From Phoronis australis (lineage: Eukaryota; Animalia; Phoronida), in assembly GCA_002633005.1 (NCBI GenBank), contig NMRA01001104.1, positions 1 to 54,319 of the forward strand: 54,319 nt of DNA. Reading direction: 5' to 3'. The translations under genes were made by a program, and so were the position numbers. The notes beneath the pieces were generated by a model. It was not told the origin of the DNA and did no database searches. It worked only from the letters and a program-made list of their open reading frames with translations. Within the stretch, counting starts at the first letter, position 1. Each line of letters begins with the position of its first letter. Of the stretch, positions 27,701 through 39,700 are shown one piece after another.

Positions 27701-30700
27701 TGAATTTATGTTTCTAACTATTCATTAGGTGATTTGAAGAACGTGGACAGTTTCAGGAAACAGTGACAGTGTGTTTGGGGAAAGCATTTGACCTTTCTTT
27801 GGATAATCAGAAAATTGTAGCCTTTGTTTTTACCGTCGTCAGTTTATAGCATTTTCAAACGCGAAATATTGAACTGGAAGTAATTTTGGTCTGCTAGAAA
27901 TACTCGCAGAAATAAACTCATAGAACCTTGTCAGCCATAACACTAATTCCAAGGGAAGATTGCACTGAAAATTGGCGTTCAAGGGCAATTGGCTTGCGAC
28001 ATTCTCGCCCCAAAAACTGACGGAAAAGGAGTGGGTCTAGGCTGACGGCAGTTTCTGTGCTAAATATATGTAGGAAATGCTTGCCACGCATGGCGTTCAG
28101 TAGTACTGTAGTTCCTGGAAGTTGATGTGATTAAATGAAAATAAAAAAATTGGTCTCTGCTCTTATCTACCGGGAGACGGGAGCCCCGTCATTTTCAGAG
28201 CATAACCTAAGACTTGTTTAGTTGGGAATGTTGGCACGATTACGGGTACCTCTCAGACAAGCAAATTTGCCAGTTTTTAGGAACATTAAGCTGAGTGGCA
28301 GAGCATTACATTTTTTGTCTCGTTTCTTGCACAGGTGGATTCTTGAACTAGTGATTTTAGGTATAAAAATGAGGCAAAAATTACACTATTTGGCCATTTT
28401 TGGCGTCTGATTTTTAAGGTGGACTCGACAAGACTAAGAAATGACATGGTTGACTGTTTATAGAAAAACCATTAAGTATACTTTTTCTGAGTTTTGCCTT
28501 TTTTCAGGTGTCACGATACTGTAAACAAGACCCAGCTTTATTAACCCAGACCAGTGATGACGTCAAAATCAGTTACTTGGTCTGTACAGCTGTGGTCTTT
28601 GCTGGTCCAGTTAACTCCAGCATTGCATATGCCGAGCGTAGCGCTCTGCACGTATTTAAAATGAACCAGAGAAAGGTTTCGCAGAGCGTTACTCAGCCAC
28701 TAGTACACCAATCAGGGAATAGAATGCACTCACGATCATCGCCGAGTTTTTCAGCAACGTGCCAATTGGTCATAACGTAGTCAGGGCCAACGCGGAAACC
28801 TGAACCTGTGCCGGTTTGTCCAACAATAAGAGCTACTGATGAAAAGGCTGTTGACAAAGATGTGTGGAAATGTGCCGACATCGTCTCTTTGTTCAAATCA
28901 AATGCAGGACCGAAGCTACACCGGGGCGGCAACTTTCTGGAACTTGTGACAGGAAAGTAATCTAGAAGAAAACAAATGTCAAACCATTTTCCAATATCAT
29001 CAATGATCTCTTCAGTAAACATCAACGTGATGTTTATGTCTCTGTTATATTGTGTCACAGGTGTTAGTACCTGTCAAACACGAAACAATCTACAAAGGTT
29101 GACCAGTTCGCTCACACAAGGAAACTGATATACCAAATGAGGTGGCGTGCTTTCATTTCTGAAGAAAAATCGAGGAAGTGACGAGCGGATGACATATTTG
29201 AAAATGAAGTGAAAAAGATTTGACATCAACAGAAATTCAACATATATTTGAACAAATTCCGTTTTAGTGGCAGAGAACCACTTTGAATCATGCAATTTAT
29301 TCTGTTCTTTATGTTGCACTATGCCACTTTAACAATGGACTCGTTCGATATCTGGACCAACCACGACTTATTAGAAACTGTTGTCTTCTAGATTTGTAAA
29401 CCAAATGGGGTTCTTTTGCCAAATCGTGGCACTCCTTGTGTAATGAGCACGATTAGGACTGTATTAGATGCAAAATAAAACTAAAGATGGTGGTAATTAA
29501 ACTAAGATTACAATTAGAAATGACGGTAAAATTGAGCGTTGTTTATCTGACATGTTTTAACTAAGTCACTTGGTTAGTGCGCACAGTATCAGAAATAAAA
29601 TAATGCATTAGACAAAAACTGCTTCTTAATCTATTCGGCATGACTTCGATGGGTTAACTTATCAAACCTAAACTACATGTAAAAATTGGTAGTCATCGAG
29701 TCTGTTCACACCATGTGTTATTTCACAATCGTTGATTTCAGCGAGGTGCCATCTGCAGGTACATGTTTACGAACTACAACACCATCTATTTTAACATCAT
29801 ATACATATACGGACGAATGTTCAGACCAAGAACACTGTGCCCAATTATCAGTCGTAGAACAGCTTGGGTCAATTGGTTCCATACACACTGAACTGAATTT
29901 ATGGTATCAACATCTCATTTAGTGCATTGGGTGAATAAAAATCGATAATTTATTATTTAGAAGCTTGATGGGACTAATCATTCCAATTCGTAGTTCGTTA
30001 ACAGAGAAGTTTACAATATATGATTGTGCGTAAATAGTATAAAGCCAATATTTATGACTTATATCCATACATGTATACCTGATAGCCTGATGTCAACACC
30101 CAGAATTCCCAGCTCACTCTCGTCTCGCTGTGCTCTTATGTTTATATCTACCCAACCCTCGGGTACTGTTGCCCCGGAAGACTGCAAGTAGTGCATAACA
30201 TGTCTTCCGAACTCTAAGGACGGATCAGTTGTGGGTGCGACTCTCGCTTCAGCTCCTTCAGCAGAACTCGCACGTTGGTTTTCCTGCCTTTTTTTCTTGT
30301 GATTCTATAACCGATATTAAAAAAGTGCAATACAATGCTACCATCGGCTCGGTATGTACACGCGATTAGGAAGAAGCAACGCATAAAATTTAAAAAGCAT
30401 AAAATTCGTAAAAGTTTATCCACTTAATGAATATCGGAAATAATAAGAGTATTGACAAACTAGTTAATTTGGTTGATGAAAGATTATTTAGTTGTGAACA
30501 ACATTCACGACAACCAAAATTTATCGTCAAAATGACAAACTAGAGTGTACCTCGAGGACCTCCTTTATTTTTTTAATAGTTTCGATGTTGTTAAAGAACA
30601 CGTTGGCCTCTTTTCCACAAACATCGTAAGCTGTTTCTCCTCTCTGAAAATTGACAAATGATTATAAGTATTGAATCAAAGGACACATATACAGTATCAG

Positions 30701-33700
30701 CAGGTACTCATAATGGATAATTCTGAGGATATTGTTGAACTTAAGATTCCGATTTGTTTCCATTTGCATAAGTTCAATATCATCATTTAAAGCAAGAGTC
30801 TCAGTAGTTATGTGTGTTCCTTGTATAGCAGTTATTGTCTTTGTGGTACAAGAATGCTACTCAATGTCAAGTGTTTGTTTTAATATTAATTTGGGACACT
30901 GTCTTTTTATACCTGCGTCTGGTAGTATAAACCACATGAGCTGCTGATTCGTGTACTGAGCTTAAAGAAAGACACGGTGCTCTTAACTCTTGCTGTAAGC
31001 TTTGTCATCATAGGGGCTCAACACGTTTTTGTTTCTTGTTCAAACATTGACATCTACCCAAAACTAAACTCATAACTTTACATGTAGTTTTTTTATAAAT
31101 TTCGAGGCATCCACCTGAGAAAAATTTTGAATCTAATACAAAACTTGCCGCAATGCCGCACCTTCTGGTTAAAACGTCACCTATTAGCCAGAATAAAAAA
31201 GAACGTCACAAGCCAAGCTGAAGTCCGTGAGAGACGGACGCAACCTCCCTAACTCAAGTAATTTTTATTCCATCTTTAGATTCAAAATTTTATCCGAGTC
31301 CTAAACATCCGAGGAGAACGAAAAGGTAATACTCCACTTAAGTTACTGACTTCTTTTAGCTGTGGGTTCTTCAAATTTTTAAGCAATCACATAGTAACCT
31401 GGTTACTACATCAAGTGAATAGTTTAAATTTGTTAAAAATCCCGTGTCAATAGTCGCTTAGAAGTTTACAAAAAAGTAGAAAAGGACTTTGCCAGCAACC
31501 GTGGACGCTGTTCCATTGTACCGGGACATATAATTACATATACGTGTACAACTGTAATGAGTTATGATGCCTAAAAACACTGGTTACATAAACATTGACA
31601 AACATCCAATGCAGACATTGACAGCATACATGTACCACACAATTTGACTGACACTCTTATCTTACCGTATTAACAACCGTCGCATCGACACCCGTTTTCA
31701 GAAGCAGTTCAACAACTTCTAGATGGCCACGCGAAGACGCGCTGTGCAGCGACGTGTTGCCTCCCTACAAGAAGTATTGAAATTTGTTGACAAACAAAAA
31801 ACAAGTTTGCACGATAATCAATTGCTGAATAAACAGCAAATGAAAATAGTTTAAATTTGTTAAAAATCCCGTGTCAATAGTCGCTTAGAAGTTTACAAAA
31901 AAAGCAGAAAAGGACTTTGCCAGCAACCGTGGACGCTGTTCCATTGCACCGGGACATATAATTACATATACATGTACAACTGTAATGAGTTATGATGCCT
32001 AAAAACACTGGTTACCTAACCATTGATAAACATCCAATGCAGACATTGACAGCACACATGTACATGTACCACACAATTTGACTGACACTCTTATCTTACC
32101 GTATTAACAACCGTCGCATCGACACCCGTTTTCAGAAGCAGTTCAACAACTTCTAGATGACCACGCGAACACGCGCTGTGCAGCGACGTGTTGCCTCCCT
32201 ACAAGTATTGAAATTTGTTGACAAACCAAAACAAGTTTACACGATATTCAATTGCTGAATAAACATCAAGTGCAAATGAAAATTAAATTGTCAAAAAATA
32301 AACCGAGTTCAAAATGAAACTGCTAAGACTTATTTCAGTCACATAACAAGGACATTTTGTTGCCGAACAATTTTGGGCATTTCAGAATAGAGCGATATGA
32401 CACTCTCGGTAAAGACGGACGAGAACGGAAATAGTGCATACAATACATGTAGAATTTATTTTCAAGATTCAGGGTGGTATGCCCTAATTGTTCACGCATC
32501 ACGTGGTCGTTAGTGTTTCTCCATAGCATCTGACACTCCAGCGTGTGTTGTTACTTATTTGTACACTTGATTTGTAAATTTTGCTCCTAGATTTCACTCA
32601 AGTTGTTTCAAATATGTAACCAACAGCTTTGTATGTGGCGCATGCTCTTTAGGTTGTCTAGGGCCCAAGGAAATGTCCGATTTGGCTACCGTCGTAAAAT
32701 AATATCTCAAAATAGCTGATCCGTCTCAGAAACTATTTTCATGCACTGTTCGATAACACACTGTACTGAATTGATTTTAAAAGATAACATTTTTTGCATG
32801 ACGGGCTGTCAAAAAAGATTTTCACGATTTTCATCAAATTTATACCAAAAAGTGAACAGATGTTTAGAAACAGGACCAAATTTTGAGATCTCATCTTGAA
32901 GATTTATACGAAATAAAATCTGATATCATTGTTTTGTTATCAACGTACCTTTCCTTTCAGATAAATCACGTGATGTAAATAGTGGGAGACTAGTAAAGAG
33001 GTAAAATCAATTTTTGTAGTTTACTTACAGAAAGTATAAACATTAACTCTGTTAAAATCCACACTTTTAGACACTTTTCATAATACGCAGACTACTCAAT
33101 TAGGGCCCACAAAACCATAACACACGTGTATAATGGTAAGCGAAACTGCAGCAAAGATATCATGTTGCTGGGTGGATAGTGTCAAGACACAATCACCTTT
33201 ACAACAGGATTATGTTTTACAATCACGTGGCTCGCGTTTATGTCAATGACAGGCGGTAATGCAGACCGTGCCATCGGTGTCAACACTCAGCAAATGAAGC
33301 ATCTTCATGCAAAGCGTTTTTAGATTCTTGGCGAAAGCCTATATCGCAGAATTATCTGTTGGCGATCTGATGACATTGAACCGAACATCGGCTGGCCGTC
33401 GCATGAGTGATGAACTCTTGATGTGTGGCCGATATGTTCACTAGACTCTTTAGATTGTCGTAGTGTAAGAAACGTCGGACAAGCAATGGTTTGTATCTCA
33501 AAATGTCTTAATCACATATCAGGTGATGCTGCCACTGACATTTATTCGACCACTAGAGCATACACTGTATGAGATTTGTTTACTTGGCACATTGTAATGC
33601 ACTTTATTTCTAAAGAAGAATAGTAAACGAAAATTTGTGAATAAACAAAGAAAGTTGTTGCCCAGTGCAGAGCATTGTGTGTTTTACGCATTTAGGCACT

Positions 33701-36700
33701 TGCGCCTATATCCAAAATAACTGCCATAAGGAAATTGTCCTACTCAAATGTTTCGCACAAACGCATGCATTATGCTTCTCTTATAGGCGCAGGTGGATAT
33801 CCTTTCATGTTTTGTAGGCTTTAGAATATTTCATTTTACGTATTGGCCTCAATACGCGCATATAGGGTAAAAATACATGAAACACACAGACACACTGGCT
33901 TACATGCCAAATATTCAGAATTTACAGAAGGAAATCACAAAAAATATTACTGACACCCCACAGCTATTGTCTCAGCTCTACAGCATGCTTCACTAATTTT
34001 TCTAGGTAGAAGTGTCCTAAAACATCAAAATGCTAAAATACTTAGCACTTTTTGGAATCTACGGAACTTGTTGCTTGGGGGTCTAGAAGCTCAATGTTCT
34101 GAAGATGTTTTTTAATAATTGGCAGATTTTATTCGTACATCGGAGAATTGCCGATTTTCGTGGAAGCATAAACATGCAAATCATAGAGCAACGAACCCTT
34201 CACACCGTCAATCAAATATTAAAACATACACACATTTCCAGTTCTGTACATGTTTGTTTATACAATTTTGTCCATCTTTCTGTAAGGAGCTCCTTGGCAA
34301 TTTATCCAGGTATGCGCTCAAGAATGACTTAAAATTTGCACGGAAAAGATAATGGAAATTGATGTTTTAACAGCCGAAAGTGGGGGCCTAAAATTCACAA
34401 TTTATAAGAAAAAAGATTGTGCAAGTGGCGGAGGAAGGTGGTTATACAAAGACCCGTGGCACATTTTTTAAATACATTTTACAAACAACCCATGCCAATT
34501 GACGTCGTATGGAGCTCGCAAGTTTACATCATTACAGAGAACATAAATCAAACCACGAAATTAACATACATAGTCGTGCAGTGGGATTAAAAATAAGACA
34601 CGCTGAGAGTTTTATTGCAAATTCAAGTAAACTGCAGCCCTCTGGTGAACGTTTTGTTTTTCATTTACTAAAATGCTCACACCGAAGAAATTAAAGTAGG
34701 TTGCACCATGGCCATCGATAAAATTATATGCTACCCGATCAATCTCACAGAAAAGGAAAGTGATTGAATTATACTGTAATATAGCATCTTTAATAATGAT
34801 GGAAGTGACTAAATACGAAAAGGGTTGCCATTCTATTAGTTCTTACATTTGAGACTATAAAGTGGAATGCGAATAAATATTTTAATAATAAACCATCCCC
34901 AAAACGCTATTACCGAAAGAGTTTTAAAACTTCCACATTCTCCACAGAATACACTCATTGCAAACATCATGGAAAATGTTACGTTAAAGAACTCAGTCTC
35001 ACAACTTGAAACCCCCAAACCGTTCTTCTCACTACGTTGTTGAAATTTGAACAGTTTTTTTTTTAATATTATGATTCGATTTAGTCTCAGTCGTAACATG
35101 AAATCCAGCTTAAGAAATGCGAGTCTCTTATCCTTCCTGAAGGTATGAATATTTTTGTCCATTCATTCAAGTTTTTGCGTAATTGCATTTCTATGAAAGC
35201 GCACGTCTAGCGGAAGGTTTTGACCAGAACGTTTATTCCAAAAAGTATTTGATGCGCTGCACCGAGAACTGTGTCCTGGTACCCGAAATACGATGGTACT
35301 ATGAGGGGTGAACCAAACTGTTTGATGGCTTTCAAACTGAAATGGTTACGTATTTTTTATTTCGTGATCAAGATCCACCATACCAAACATCGCGATTTAG
35401 TCTGGTCACTTTTGTCTTGACCCTCGTAGCATCAACAAAAGGTTTTGAGACAAAAATCCACATCTTGTAGTACTTGGTAATTATCAAATGGTTTTAATTA
35501 ATTAACAGAAGATGAGATTCGACACCTTCTTTGAAATGGTTTACAGGAATGGACATTTCAACGGATATTCATTCATTTTACTCAAAAGGAAACTATTTTG
35601 ATTAATCCTGATCGTAGCACACATTTTGTGTTTGGGCATTATGTATTCCACTTGCAACTGCAACACAAGCGACTTTTTTCGTGGAATATCCTCTCATAGG
35701 CCAGATGAGTGCACAGTGCTGTGCTCTGTTACTATCCTATCGAAAAGTTTGCACCGAACGGACTTGCAACAATGTGACTTAGAAAACTGATTGTTCAAAT
35801 AGTCCCTTTTTAAAGCAATCTTGACTAACAAACTTAAGTGGGGTTCCTAAATGTGCACTGACGTGATTAAAAACCTGCATAAACTTTATGGGATGAGAAA
35901 ATTAAAATCTGTGTCTGTGTTCGGCGCCTTATGGTGTGGTTGGTTTTTTAGTTAGTATGCCAATAGTATGATCACACCAGCGACTCTGGTTTCACTGCGT
36001 GTTCTGGGAAAGTACTTGCAGTGAAGAAGTGACTCTTTGTATAACTCCACGTAAAGAGGTTGTTCATTTTTAAGAGATATTTATTATGAATGAACAATTC
36101 CTCGAACTCAATATTCATTTAAAACACGTTTATTGCAACATTTACTAAGCTCGGAGTGCAGCACTCTTGAGATACCTTGTTTACGGCATTCACCTCACAA
36201 CTGCCTTCATTGACAAGCAGCTCTACGACCGCTGCCTTTCCATTGTGCGACGCCAGGTGTAATGCTGTATCTCCATTCTAAAGTGAACAAAATGAGAGAA
36301 TGCCGGTCATCCTTAAATATAGCGAAGTGGGTGTGTCAAGAGGACGTCACGTTTTATACCTTTCTGTTCCAGAACTTCACCATCAGTTGCATACTTACTG
36401 TATGAAGCGGGTGACTCAACACAGCACGACTACACTTGACATTTAAACTCAGATATAAATGAACGAGATTTCTTAAATGCTGACCTGTTTTAGTCACACG
36501 ATTGATAATATGGTTTTAAATATCACAATTTGATTCTATGTAGTACAACAGAGCCACATTCATTTAGTGAGTGCAATGGAAATACAAGTAAAGAACCACT
36601 GCTCTTTGTACAACTCAGGGTGAAGAGAAAACTGTTCTAATTACTTAATGTCGCGAGCACGTCACGTCAGGTGCAGCGGTGTGTGGCCCTCCTATGGAAA

Positions 36701-39700
36701 GCAGAAGACATTTAATTTGACATTGTTGAGAGACATTAGATTACAAAAATATCAACAAAATTTGTTACTTAATAGTTTTAATCATCACTTGTGTAAACAA
36801 CTAATTCAACCAAACAACATGTGTGTCATTAATTACCTGATCACGTACATCCACTGTAGCGCTGTGTTCCACAAGACACTTCACTGTCTGTGTATGACCA
36901 CACAGTGCTGCATAGTGCAGCGGTGTCCGGCCCCACTATGTAATATATAATGGAGATGTGTGAATGGACGATCAACGTTTAGAGCAAATTAACATACACG
37001 CGGCAAAGTGAACTTGTAAGGTGACATAAATGAAACATTACTGACCCCTCTAAAACGCTACAATACTTGTAATGATTTCAACAGGGAAATGTTAAGTTTT
37101 AGAACAAAACAACAGAGCGTGTTCAGTGTTCCCTGTCTCGTTACAGGCCGGTAACACACAGCAAGTAATTGTGCGCTGTAAAGTGTTAGACAATCAAAAT
37201 AAGGTAGAAAATAAATCTGAAACTAAATGAGGCGATCCAGATCGTCTGAAGAAAACTATTGTTTGACGAAATGTAGAATATATATAGGTAAATAAAACAG
37301 CAATAATGAATCAACTGAAATGTTCAGATGCAGCTTTGGCAGTTCTCTGTTGGAAAGCAGACGACATTTAGTTTGACATTGTTTAAGGACATTAAATTGG
37401 GAAAATATCAACAAAATTTGTTCTTCAACAGTTTTAATCATCTCTTGAGTGAACAACTAGTTCAACCAAACAACCTGTGTGTCATTAATTACCTCATCAC
37501 GGACATCCACTGTAGCGTTGTGTTCCACAAGACACTTCACTATCTGTGTACGACCACACCCTGCTGCATAGTGCAGCGGTGTCCCGCCCCCCTATGTAAT
37601 ATATAATGGAGATGTGTGAATGGACGATCAACGTTTAGAGCAAATTAACATACACGGGGGAANTGTTCGGCGCCTAATGGTGTGGTTGGTTTTTTAGTTA
37701 GTATGCCTATAGTATAATCAGACCAGCGACTCTGGTTGCACTGCGTGTTCTGGGAAGGTACTTGCAGTGAAGAAGTGACTCTTTGTATAACTCCACGTAA
37801 AGATGTTGTTCATTTTTGATGAGATATCTATTATGAATGAACAATTCCTCGAACTCAATATTCATTTAAAACACGTTTATTGCAGCATTTACTAAGCTCG
37901 GAGTACAGCACTCTTGAGATACCTTGTTTACGGCAGTCACCTCACAACTGCCTTCATTGACAAGCAGCTCTACGACCGCTGCCTTTCCACTCTGCGACGC
38001 CAGGTGTAATGCTGTATCTCCATTCTAAAGTGAACAAAATGAGAGAATGCCGGTCATCCTTAAATATAGCGAAGTGGGTGTCAAGAGGAGGTCACGTTTT
38101 ATACCTTTCTGTTCCAGAACTTCACCATCAGTTGCATACTTACTGTATGAAGCGGGTGACTCAACACAGCACGACTACACCTGACATTTAAAATCAGATA
38201 TAAATGAGCGATATTTCTAAAATGCTTACCTGTTTCAGTCACACGATTGATAATATGGTTTTAAATATCACAGTTTGATTCTATGTAGTACAACAGAGTC
38301 ACATTAATTTAGTGAGTGATATGGAAATGCAAGTAAAGAACCATTGCTCATTGTGTAACTCCGGGTGAAGAGAAAACTGTTTCTAATTACTTAATGTCGC
38401 GAGCACGTCACGTCACGTGCACGTCACTCCACGTGCTGTGGAGACAGCATTTACAAACAAAATCACAATTTGTGATTATTTAATTAAAACACGCAATAAT
38501 TAGCCTAGTCACGTATTGTGTTCATCAACCTGTGTGTCATTAATTACCTCATCACAGACGTTCACGTTGGCCCGGTGTTCGATGAGACACTGTACGACGG
38601 CTGTATGACCCTCCCGTGCTGCCAGGTGCAGCGGTGTGCGGCCCCACTATGGAAAGCAGAAGACATTTAATTTGACATTGTTGAGAGACATTAGATTACA
38701 AAAAATACCAACAAAGCTGTTACTTAATAGTTTTAATCATCTCTTGTGTAAACAACTAATTCAACCAAACAACCTGTGTGTCATTAATTACCTGAGTACG
38801 GACATCCACTGTAGCGTTGTGTTCCACAAGACACTTCACTGTCTGTGTATGACCATTCCATGCTGCACAGTGCAGCGGTGTCTGGCCCCACTATGTAATA
38901 TATAATGGAGATGTGTGAATGGACGATCAACGTTTAGAGCAAATTAACATACACGGGGGAAAGTAAACTTGTAAGGTGACATAAATGAAACATTACTGAC
39001 CCCTCTAAAACGCTACAATACTTGTAATGATTTCAACAGGGAAATGTTAAGTTTTAGAACAAAACAACAGAGCGTGTTCAGTGTTCCTTGTCTCGTTACA
39101 GGCCGGTAACACACAGCAAGTAATTGTGCGCTGTAAAGAGTTGGACAATCAAAATAACGTAGAAAATAAATCTGAAACTAAATGAGGCAATCCTGATCGT
39201 GTGAAGGAAACTATTGTTTGACGAAATGTAGAATATATATCGGTAAATAAAACAACAATAATGGATCAACTGAAATGTTCGGATGCAGCTTTGGCAGTTC
39301 TCTAACGGAAAGCAGACGACATATATTTTGACATTGTTTAAGGACATTAAATTGGGAAAATATCAACAAAATTTGTTCTTCAACGGTTTTAATCATCTCT
39401 TCTGTGAACAACAAGTTCAATCAAACAACCTGTGTGTCATTAATTACCTGAGTACGGACATCCATTGTAGCGTTGTGTTCCACAAGACACTTCACTGTCT
39501 GTGTATGACCATGCCGTGCTGCAAAGTGCAGCGGTGTCAGGCCATCCTATGTAATATATAATGGAGATGTGTGAATGGACGATCAACGTTTAGAGCAAAT
39601 TAACATACACGGGGGAAAGTGAACTTGTAAGGTGACATAAATGAAACATTACTGACCCCTCTACGACGCTACAATACTTGTAATGATTTCAACACTCAAG

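Larger units (their letters stand above)
31418..32281. repeat. Tandem ~430-bp intron+exon duplication, 2 copies
   Basis: 31418-31844 repeats at 31845-~32281, each copy carrying one ankyrin exon. No N at the junction. Confidence 0.92.
35918..39617. repeat. Block duplication 35918-37662 / 37664-39617 containing ankyrin exons
   Basis: Highly similar copies joined at a single N (37663). Copy 1 lacks 209 bp. Each copy contains an internal 656-bp period. Confidence 0.92.

Noticed and set aside
36648-39561. Repeated plus-strand ORFs ending ...QRCPAPLCNI
   Set aside because: They are antisense shadows of the minus-strand ankyrin exon cassettes.
36800-39620. CRISPR-like or DGR-like repeat/variable array
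   Set aside because: The units are spliceosomal exons plus introns. There are no unique spacers or cas genes, and the variation is not adenine-specific.
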